From the NCBI GenBank assembly GCA_963700635.1, contig CAVOYH010000003.1, positions 1,024,001-1,088,000 of the forward strand: a stretch of DNA of 64,000 nucleotides. Reading direction: 5' to 3'. The translations under genes and the position numbers were made by a program. The notes beneath the pieces were generated by a model. That model saw nothing but the letters and a program-made list of their open reading frames with translations, was not told the DNA's origin and did not search any database. Below, piece after piece: positions 42,051 to 49,887 of the stretch. Source of the DNA: an uncultured Bacteroidota bacterium (GTDB taxonomy: Bacteria > Bacteroidota > Ignavibacteria > UBA10030 > UBA6906). Position 1 is the stretch's first letter. The number at the start of each line of letters is the position of its first letter.

Positions 42051-42103
42051 GGGAGCGCCAGGCCCCTCATTCCAGATGTCGGAGTGGGGGGCTGGTGTGT
42101 TCC
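42051..42103 (+). terminator. Long intergenic stem-loop (partial terminator or mRNA stabiliser)
   Basis: GCGCCAGGCCCCTCATTCC-agatgtc-GGAGTGGGGGGCTGGTGT pairs with G-U wobbles; no strong U tract. Confidence 0.55.
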
Positions 42104-42177
42104 AGAGCATGTGGCATTTCAAGGGAAGATTCTCCTATATTGTTCAGTACACGGGCTTGACAAGATTGAGGCAACGT

Positions 42178-43056
42178 ATGAAACAGACTTTCTTAATCCT
42201 CTTGTATGCGACTCTGCTGGTCGCCGGTTGTCGCCAGCCATCCGATATTGAGCTGGTGCCTGACGAGGACGCCTCGAATCTTGAAGTATTCCCTGTGGCG
42301 TTGCCCGATACGAACATCGTCACCAGCTCAATTGACTCGACCGGCGTTCTGCCGGAGGATCAGGTGCGGTATGCGGGGACGTTTGTCATCAACTCCGTGA
42401 CCTGGGATGCAGGCGGAGTGCCCAGAACCCTCGCGTATTCGAGAGTGTTCTTTGCGGATAGCGTGGTGCGCGTTCTCGGGCGCCATGTCGGATTTATGGG
42501 TCAGGATGTCGGGACGGTGACGCTCAACAATGCGATCATGTTTAAACTCCCCCACCGGATATCTGTGGGCAATATCATCGGGCGTGACACCTCGGTCGTT
42601 CGCGGCGTCGAGTACCTCGCCGATCTCACCAGCTCGTACCGGTCCGACTGGCAATACTCCTGGGTGGTGATTTCCCGTCTTGTGCCGGTGCTCACGGTGA
42701 CGGCGGAAACCCCTGAGAATCTGACCGTTGTGTTACCCCGTGGTGGAACCATCCATCCGAGGAAAGATGACCTTCCGGTGCGCTGGGTGGGTGGTAAAGG
42801 AAAGATGTCCATCATTGTAAGCGTGTATGATCCATTTCAGAAGAAGGCTAAACCGCTTCTCGAGCTCCGTGCGCGGGCGAACAACGGCAGAGGTGTGATT
42901 CCGGCTAAACTGCTGACACAACTGCCCACCGGCACCACCTTTGTCCTGACGTTCGTGCTGGCGAACAGGAAAGAGATCCAGATATCCGACCCTCTGTCGG
43001 GGAAGATTCTGACGCAGGCAGCGTCCGTGTACAGCAGCTTCATCGAGCTCCGATAG
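42178..43056 (+). CDS. Uncharacterised lipoprotein (Ig-like C-terminal half)
   Basis: MKQTFLILLYATLLVAG-C lipobox; LPRGGTIHPRKDDLPVRWVGG Ig-like pattern. Confidence 0.85.
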   Translation: MKQTFLILLYATLLVAGCRQPSDIELVPDEDASNLEVFPVALPDTNIVTSSIDSTGVLPEDQVRYAGTFVINSVTWDAGGVPRTLAYSRVFFADSVVRVLGRHVGFMGQDVGTVTLNNAIMFKLPHRISVGNIIGRDTSVVRGVEYLADLTSSYRSDWQYSWVVISRLVPVLTVTAETPENLTVVLPRGGTIHPRKDDLPVRWVGGKGKMSIIVSVYDPFQKKAKPLLELRARANNGRGVIPAKLLTQLPTGTTFVLTFVLANRKEIQISDPLSGKILTQAASVYSSFIELR

Positions 43057-43058
43057 AG

Positions 43059-45071
43059 ATGCCGGTGCGCAGGGTCGGAATATTTCTTATAGGTGTATGC
43101 ATGATGGGCTCACCGCTCAATGCACAATCATTTACCGATGCCCGGTCGCTCGCGCTCGGGGGGGCGATTGCTGCAATTCGCGACACGCGTGATTTTTCAT
43201 CAAATCCGGCAGGACTCGTGCAGATGCGTGATTGGGACCTGAGCCTGTCAACGTACACCGAACCTTCAAACAGCCGGAGCGGTTTTGTGTTTCAGGGGCT
43301 TGCGCTGGGAAAACGGTTTTTTGACCGCGAAGCTGCGGCGTTCAGGTATACGCCTGGCTCCAGCCTCACCTTCGTTATTCCATCGGTTCTTTCCTTCGGC
43401 GAGTCGAACCTCCCTGAGTCGGCTGACAGAGAGATCGAATATCGTGAACCGTATGCTCTTGGCCTCGCGCACAGATTCTCGGATCACTTTTCAGCGGGAG
43501 TGGGATTCCGGAATCGCCAGGAACGCGTTGTGGATACGCGGTATCAGATTATTATCCGCGACACCATTTCGTATCCGGCTGCGACCCAGGAAACCTTCAG
43601 CCGCTCCACATGGCTCGCCGATCTGGCCCTGCAGTGGAACCCTTCGGAACAGTGGGGACTGTCGGTGATCGGTCGGAATATGTTCCGTTTCTCTTCGGGA
43701 GACGCCGAGGAGGTGCTTGAAGAATATCGCCTCCCTGCGGCAGCGTATATCGAGGGAGGGATACGATATACGCCGGTACGCGCTGTTCACCTGTTGGCCT
43801 CAGCGAGCTCTGTCGGCATGGGCGCACTCGGTGCCGAGTGGTCGCCGGGTTCCGGTTTTTCGTTCCGTGGAAGCGTGCTGGCGAACAGGGCTGAGAGCCG
43901 GCTGATCAATGCCGCTGCCATTGGTGTCGGGTGGTCCTATGAGTTCTTTGCGGTGGATGCCGCCTATCTCCGTTTCCTGAGTGCGGAAAACCACGGTGGC
44001 AGCACCGCCGCTACGATGTTCTCCGCCGATGACATCGTCAATCTTACAGTGAATCCGTACAGCCGGTCCCGGATTGCGCTTTCGGCCAAGGCGATGTTCG
44101 GTCATGTACGCTCGAGCCTTGCGCGGATCGAAGGTGTCACGTTGTTCAGCGGTGTGTATCCAGCGTCCCATGAAATCTTTGCGTACAAACCGCTCGGGAT
44201 GGTCAAGGTGCGCAACATTTCTTCACAACCCATTCACGCCAGGGCGAGCTTTTTTGTCGAGCGTCTCATGGACGCGCCTACAGAATCAGAACCGGTGTAT
44301 CTTGTTCCGGGTGGCGAAGCGGAGATTCCACTGACGGCAATTTTTAACGAACAGATACAACGGATGGCCGGTCAGACCGTCAAAGAGGGAAACGTATTTG
44401 TTAATGCCACGCCGGCTGAACAGTATGATGACAAGGTCCAGACGCGGGTTCTTTTTCACGGAAAGAATGCATGGGATGGTGATGTGCATTCCCTGCGGTA
44501 TTTCGTGACGCCGGATGATCCGCTGGTGCTGAAATATTCCCGCGACGTGCTTCTGGAGCAGCGTGATAGTCTCGCGGGTGTGAATGGAATGCTGGAACAA
44601 TTCACAAAGGCCCGGCTGCTGATCGCCTCCTTTGCCGGCAAGCTCCAGTATGTCAATGATCCCCGCCTCACTGCTGATTTTGTTCAATACCCGGGCGAGA
44701 CGCTCACCCTTCGTGGCGGAGATTGTGATGATATGACTGTCTGCTTTTCGGCGCTGTTAAACAGTATTGGTATCGCGACGGCATTCGTGGATGTTATTCC
44801 TCCCGGCAGACCGGACCAGGCCCACATCTATCTGCTTTTTGATACCGGCGTGGAACCCCGTTTCGGCTCGGCGCTCGCAGGGAATCCCAAGCGTGTTGTA
44901 AGCCGGCGGAATCCGCGGGGAAAGGAAACACTCTGGATTCCTATTGAAACAACCATAATCGCTCAGGGGTTTGATCAGGCCTGGACCGGCGGGGCGCAGC
45001 GGTACTTTGACGATGTGGAGATCGGACTTGGACTCGCGCACGGCTGGGTGCGGGTCGTGGATGTGCATTGA
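43059..45071 (+). CDS. Outer-membrane beta-barrel (PorV/FadL-like N-terminus) fused to Ig-like and transglutaminase-like domains
   Basis: Signal peptide; DARSLALGGA...NPAGL start motif; amphipathic strands; YVNDP...VQYPGETL...GGDCDDM...HIYL...WIPIETT. Confidence 0.8.
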   Translation: MPVRRVGIFLIGVCMMGSPLNAQSFTDARSLALGGAIAAIRDTRDFSSNPAGLVQMRDWDLSLSTYTEPSNSRSGFVFQGLALGKRFFDREAAAFRYTPGSSLTFVIPSVLSFGESNLPESADREIEYREPYALGLAHRFSDHFSAGVGFRNRQERVVDTRYQIIIRDTISYPAATQETFSRSTWLADLALQWNPSEQWGLSVIGRNMFRFSSGDAEEVLEEYRLPAAAYIEGGIRYTPVRAVHLLASASSVGMGALGAEWSPGSGFSFRGSVLANRAESRLINAAAIGVGWSYEFFAVDAAYLRFLSAENHGGSTAATMFSADDIVNLTVNPYSRSRIALSAKAMFGHVRSSLARIEGVTLFSGVYPASHEIFAYKPLGMVKVRNISSQPIHARASFFVERLMDAPTESEPVYLVPGGEAEIPLTAIFNEQIQRMAGQTVKEGNVFVNATPAEQYDDKVQTRVLFHGKNAWDGDVHSLRYFVTPDDPLVLKYSRDVLLEQRDSLAGVNGMLEQFTKARLLIASFAGKLQYVNDPRLTADFVQYPGETLTLRGGDCDDMTVCFSALLNSIGIATAFVDVIPPGRPDQAHIYLLFDTGVEPRFGSALAGNPKRVVSRRNPRGKETLWIPIETTIIAQGFDQAWTGGAQRYFDDVEIGLGLAHGWVRVVDVH

Positions 45072-45082
45072 AGGAGGTTACT

Positions 45083-45787
45083 ATGAGAATACTCTGGGGA
45101 TTAGTTCTGTGCTGCTGTGTTGCGACACTCGCCATGGCGGGCTCAATTGTCGTTCAGAAGGCAAGCGGTGAGGTCAGCGTCCGGCACGGTGTCACCGAAG
45201 GCTGGACGACCGTGGCCGTGGGTGATGTGTTACGCCCGAATGACACCATGCGGACGGGAAAAGACGGAAACACGGTGCTCGTGCTTCAGGGTGTAACGGG
45301 GAATCCGGTTAAACGCCTGACCCTTCCGCCCCTGGTCATTGTCGATATGTCGGATATCCGCGAGCTCACACAGGAAGAGCTGATGCTGAAACTGACCATG
45401 GAGAAAGTCCGTTCTTCACCCCAACCGACAACACAGGAGAAGCTTCACATCTCCAACGCGGCCGTGGTGCACGGAACCGATGCCGGAAGCAAAGGAACTT
45501 ATTCGGAGAACGACCCTCAGGTCGGACAGTTCCTGCTGAACGGAACAAAAGTGCTTTTTGCAAATGGGTTCTATGCAACGGGAGTCTTACGGGTGATGGA
45601 AGTGTTCCGGTTGTTTCCTTCGCTGGCAGGAGGATTTGACCATCGTTTGCTTCTGGCGGAAGCAATGGAAAAGGCCAATCTGAAGGGAGAGGCCATTGCG
45701 GAATACGGAGCGATGACACGGCTCGAGGGCCTCACGCCGGCGCAACAGGCATCACTGCAGAACCGCATCGCAGCCCTGAGGAAATAG
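45083..45787 (+). CDS. Exported FecR-like domain + TPR-like protein
   Basis: AAGGAGG SD; signal peptide; ASGEVSVRH...W...VGDVLRPNDTMRTGKDG FecR-like motif; helical C-terminus. Confidence 0.7.
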   Translation: MRILWGLVLCCCVATLAMAGSIVVQKASGEVSVRHGVTEGWTTVAVGDVLRPNDTMRTGKDGNTVLVLQGVTGNPVKRLTLPPLVIVDMSDIRELTQEELMLKLTMEKVRSSPQPTTQEKLHISNAAVVHGTDAGSKGTYSENDPQVGQFLLNGTKVLFANGFYATGVLRVMEVFRLFPSLAGGFDHRLLLAEAMEKANLKGEAIAEYGAMTRLEGLTPAQQASLQNRIAALRK

Positions 45788-45806
45788 GGCGCATGAGAGA
45801 CCGGGC

Positions 45807-46661
45807 ATGCTCCAGAGCCCCATGGTGTGTTCTGCACTGCTTGCGTGCCTGTTGACAGCTTCTCTGCCGACCGTATCGCAGATTCTTGCCATTTCACCGC
45901 GTCCCTCAGATGCCGCCGATGGTGATTCATTTGGCGCGCTGGTTGTATCCCTGCCTCGCGCGCAACGCGAGGAATCTGTTTTTCAGGAGGTGATGAAGGG
46001 GAACATCCCGCAGTTTCTCCGAAGGTTGGTTCCGATCACATCGCGGACGTCCATTGGCGGAACCGAACACACGCTGGTGTGGCATGTACTTCCTGACTAT
46101 CTCGCCATCGGGTCAGACGATAACTACATCCTGATGCCGATGACGCCGGTGCTCGCACAACGGCTGGCCGACACCCTCCGCTGTACTCTCCCGACGCGGA
46201 ACATGGTTGATACGATCTACAAGCACGCAAGGGTAAAACTCGCCCCTCAGCCGATCCCACCCGGTGAAGCGATGACAACGCTCCGCGTATTCACGCAACA
46301 CAACGATAGCATCCGTATCCGCCGTACGGCGTTGCTGAAACAGCATCCTCTTGGCGAGCTGGTGGGCGGCCACAAAAAGGACGTCATCATCTCCAACGCC
46401 ATCGTCTCAGGTGTACGGCCCGCTGCCCCGAAACCGGTCGTGATTTATGGGTGGCATCAGCTTGATGGTGTTCCCATTCAGCCGCTGTACAACGGTCACG
46501 GTGAAACGTACGCGGATTACAGCCACGGGATTCGACTCGTGCAGGACACCATGATGCTGGATGGAGTACCGGTGACGGCTGCGTCCATTCTCACCGATCA
46601 GACACTCTGGCCGTTGTTGAGTGACGAGGGGCAGATTCTGCTTCCCCGGTACGGACCCTGA
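45807..46661 (+). CDS. Exported hypothetical protein, His-rich candidate active site
   Basis: Signal peptide; PDYLAIGSD, LPTRNMVD, GHKKD, IYGWH, IQPLY..H...YADYSHG. Confidence 0.8.
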   Translation: MLQSPMVCSALLACLLTASLPTVSQILAISPRPSDAADGDSFGALVVSLPRAQREESVFQEVMKGNIPQFLRRLVPITSRTSIGGTEHTLVWHVLPDYLAIGSDDNYILMPMTPVLAQRLADTLRCTLPTRNMVDTIYKHARVKLAPQPIPPGEAMTTLRVFTQHNDSIRIRRTALLKQHPLGELVGGHKKDVIISNAIVSGVRPAAPKPVVIYGWHQLDGVPIQPLYNGHGETYADYSHGIRLVQDTMMLDGVPVTAASILTDQTLWPLLSDEGQILLPRYGP

Positions 46662-46706
46662 GGCCGCGGGGATCTGTGGTTGAGCCGGTACGGACGGGGT
46701 CTGTCT

Positions 46707-48377
46707 CTATCGTATCAACCGCTTGTACTTGATCCGGTGGGGTCTGTCGGCCTCGATGCCCAGACGTTTCTTGCGGTCCGCTTCGTATTCCGTATAGTTC
46801 CCATCGTACCAGTTCACCTTGCTCTCTCCCTCAAAAGCAAGGATGTGCGTGGCAATCCGATCCAGGAACCAGCGGTCGTGGGATATCACCACCGCACAGC
46901 CGGCAAAATTCAGCAGTGCTTCTTCCAGCGCGCGCAGCGTGTGCACATCCAGATCATTGGTCGGCTCATCAAGGAGCAGTACGTTCGCCCCTTCTTTCAG
47001 CATCTTTGCCAGGTGCACCCGGTTTCGTTCGCCTCCGGAGAGCGCCACAGTTTTCTTCTGCTGATCCGTCCCGCTGAAATTAAAACGGGCAACATAGGCG
47101 CGCGAGTTCACCTCCCGGTTCCCGAACATAAACAGATCCTGGCCGCCTGAAATTTCCGCCCAGATCGTTTTCTCGGGATCCAGCGGGCGGTTCTGATCGA
47201 CATATCCGAGCTTTACCGTATCGCCGGTCTTGAAGGATCCCGCATCAGGGAGAATCTCGCCGGTTATCAATTTGAACAGAGTTGTTTTTCCGGCACCGTT
47301 CGGACCGATCACGCCGATGATCCCTCCGGGCGGGAGTTGAAAGGTCAGATCTTCGAACAGCACATTTTCGCCGTAGGCTTTTGACACTCCCTGTGCCTCG
47401 ATGACCACGGTGCCGAGACGCGGGCCAGGCGGGATGAAGATCTCCATCTCCTCATTACGTTTCTGGCTTTCTTCTCCCAGCATTTTCTCATACGCCGAAA
47501 TGCGCGCCTTACTCTTGGCATGCCGTCCGCGGGGATTCAGGCGAATCCATTCAAGTTCCTGTTCCAGAGTTTTTTGCCGTTTTGACTCATGTTTTTCCTC
47601 GACGGCCAGCCGGGCCCTTTTCTGTTCAAGCCAGGATGAGTAGTTCCCCTGGAAGGGAATACCCTCACCGCGGTCCAGTTCGAGTATCCATCCCGCCACA
47701 TTATCCAGGAAATATCGATCATGTGTGACCGCCAGAACGGTGCCCGGATATTGTGAAAGAAAGTGTTCAAGCCATGCGACGGATTCGGCATCCAGGTGGT
47801 TTGTCGGTTCGTCCAGGAGCAGCACATCCGGATTCTGAAGGAGGAGGCGGCAGAGTGCGACACGGCGGCGCTCACCGCCGGAGAGTACGTTCACCGGCGT
47901 ATCTCCCGGGGGACAGCGAAGGGCATCCATCGCCTGTTCCAGACGGCTTTCGAGGTCCCACGCATTGGCGTGGTCGATCTTCTCCTGCAACGCCGCCTGT
48001 TTCTCGAGCAGAACGTCAAAGTCAGCGTCAGGATCGGAAAGCTGATTGCTGACGTCTTCATACTGTCTGAGCATCTGTGCTGTTTCCGCCACTCCCTCTT
48101 CCACGATTTCTTTTACTGTCCTGGACTGGTCCAGTTCCGGTTCCTGTGAGAGATACCCGAAGGTGATACCCTTCTGTGAAGAGATCTCGCCGAGGTAGTC
48201 TGTATCGATCCCCGCGATGATGCGGAGCAGACTGCTCTTGCCTGCGCCGTTGAGGCCCAGGACGCCGATCTTGGCGCCATAGAAAAAAGAAAGATAGATG
48301 TCTTTGAGTACCTGGCGGTTGGGAGGATATACTTTGCCCACGCCCACCATGGAAAAAATGATCTTGTTATCGCTCAT
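46707..48377 (-). CDS. ettA: Energy-dependent translational throttle ABC-F protein
   Basis: LKDIYLSFFYGAKIGVLGLNGAGKS, two NBDs, LDRGEGIPFQGNYSSWL, PHRIKYKRL C-terminus. Confidence 0.96.
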   Translation of the reverse strand: MSDNKIIFSMVGVGKVYPPNRQVLKDIYLSFFYGAKIGVLGLNGAGKSSLLRIIAGIDTDYLGEISSQKGITFGYLSQEPELDQSRTVKEIVEEGVAETAQMLRQYEDVSNQLSDPDADFDVLLEKQAALQEKIDHANAWDLESRLEQAMDALRCPPGDTPVNVLSGGERRRVALCRLLLQNPDVLLLDEPTNHLDAESVAWLEHFLSQYPGTVLAVTHDRYFLDNVAGWILELDRGEGIPFQGNYSSWLEQKRARLAVEEKHESKRQKTLEQELEWIRLNPRGRHAKSKARISAYEKMLGEESQKRNEEMEIFIPPGPRLGTVVIEAQGVSKAYGENVLFEDLTFQLPPGGIIGVIGPNGAGKTTLFKLITGEILPDAGSFKTGDTVKLGYVDQNRPLDPEKTIWAEISGGQDLFMFGNREVNSRAYVARFNFSGTDQQKKTVALSGGERNRVHLAKMLKEGANVLLLDEPTNDLDVHTLRALEEALLNFAGCAVVISHDRWFLDRIATHILAFEGESKVNWYDGNYTEYEADRKKRLGIEADRPHRIKYKRLIR

Positions 48378-49155
48378 GCGTAATAGTCATCACTGGTTGG
48401 AGGTTTTTGAGAATTTGATCGCCGGGATAATACACCCGCTCAAGGAAGAGCCCGGAAGGGGGAGCCGTATGACGTGCGGGTTCGGAAGAGTGTTGCGTAA
48501 GCAAAGAGGCCACGGCTTCTTTTGTCATTGAACCCCTCCCCACTTCCGCTACAATGCCGACGACTCTCCGAACCATCTTCCAGACAAAATGGGAACCCCG
48601 CATGCGGACAAGGATAAGGTCTCCTGCATCGGCAATGTGGAGTTCTTCCACCTGGACCTTTGTGGACTTTTCGTCGGGGTCGTCTTCTGTGAACGAGCGG
48701 AAATCGTGCATGCCGGAAAAGAGCGCGGCAGTGTCCTGCATTCGTTTGAGGTTCAGCGGGTCTTTCACCCACCAGACATACCGTTTGCCCAGGGCGGTGC
48801 GTCTCCGGGAGATCTGATAGAGATAGCTGCGCGACACCGCATGGTGCCGGGCATGAAAACGGGGGTCGGCCTTGCGGATATCCAGGATGGTGATGTCTGC
48901 GGGGAGGGCATCATTCAATTTCATCCGCAGAATCTCCGGAGCCAGCATCGTAGAGATCTCAAGATGGGCTGTCTGGCCGAGTGCGTGAACACCTGCATCC
49001 GTGCGGCCGGAGCCCTGAAACTCGAACGTAGCTGTGCTGCAGACATCGTGGATCGCACGCTGAATTTCGCCGGCTACAGTCCGGGCATTCTTCTGGGGCT
49101 GCCACCCGCGGTAGCGGGTCCCCTCATATTCGATCAGGAATTTGAATCGGGCCAT
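48367..49155 (-). CDS. truA: tRNA pseudouridine(38-40) synthase
   Basis: YEGTRYRGWQ, GSGRTDAGVHA, FHAR, MVRRVVG, APPSGLFL. Confidence 0.95.
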   Translation of the reverse strand: MARFKFLIEYEGTRYRGWQPQKNARTVAGEIQRAIHDVCSTATFEFQGSGRTDAGVHALGQTAHLEISTMLAPEILRMKLNDALPADITILDIRKADPRFHARHHAVSRSYLYQISRRRTALGKRYVWWVKDPLNLKRMQDTAALFSGMHDFRSFTEDDPDEKSTKVQVEELHIADAGDLILVRMRGSHFVWKMVRRVVGIVAEVGRGSMTKEAVASLLTQHSSEPARHTAPPSGLFLERVYYPGDQILKNLQPVMTITHER

Positions 49156-49165
49156 GGAAAACGAA

Positions 49166-49192
49166 AGGGGATCATGGCACGCATGATCCCCT
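49166..49192 (-). terminator. Intrinsic terminator of the lipoprotein gene
   Basis: AGGGGATCATG-N5-CATGATCCCCT perfect stem, then TTCGTTTT on the minus strand. Confidence 0.75.
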
Positions 49193-49215
49193 CAACACTA
49201 GTGGAGATACGGTGG

Positions 49216-49716
49216 TTAACGTTTTTTCTTTGACACTTTTGCCATCAGGTCGTCTGCGGCTGTTGTATGTCCGGCGAGCGCGTCCTTTGCCGCTGTCATG
49301 GCATCGGCGAACTGTGTCTGCATTGCGCCGAGGGCATCCTTGTTGACGGTGAGGCCTGCCACGACATCCTCATGCTTCCCCTCGGGGTCGTAGGGTTTAA
49401 ATCCGGCCATCCAGTTTTCCATCGCGGCTTTCGCCGCGGCGATCTTCGCCTGAGCGGCAACAAGGTCCGCACCCGTGTGCCCTGTGACCAGTTTGGGATA
49501 TTTGGCAACAAGTTCGTCATGTCTGGCGGTTGCGGCGGTGATCTGGGCCGTCAGTTCATCCAGACCGGACATGGATTTCATCAGCTCATCGTGTTTGGCC
49601 ATGACCTCTGCATTGATGGCGGTCTCAACCTTCTTCATTTCCTCTGATTTCCCGCATCCGGCGAGGAGGATGGCCACAACAATGACCAATGACAGTGCGA
49701 GCAGCACGTGTTTCAT
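49216..49716 (-). CDS. Helical lipoprotein of unknown function
   Basis: MKHVLLALSLVIVVAILLAG-C lipobox; EVMAKHDELMKSM...AMENWM; GGAGG SD. Confidence 0.85.
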   Translation of the reverse strand: MKHVLLALSLVIVVAILLAGCGKSEEMKKVETAINAEVMAKHDELMKSMSGLDELTAQITAATARHDELVAKYPKLVTGHTGADLVAAQAKIAAAKAAMENWMAGFKPYDPEGKHEDVVAGLTVNKDALGAMQTQFADAMTAAKDALAGHTTAADDLMAKVSKKKR

Positions 49717-49887
49717 AAGACCTCCGCTAAGTGAGAAAACCGTGATTGGTGTGTCGGGATGCAACATAATATAGGAGATTTTAAGGGTTTGTCAAGGCAT
49801 CTGGGGTTCTTGCATTTCGTGCGGAATATTCGCACTGTTTTCTGCACCTGTCACTTTCGTTCACAACTGTTCTTGACATACTTCGCC

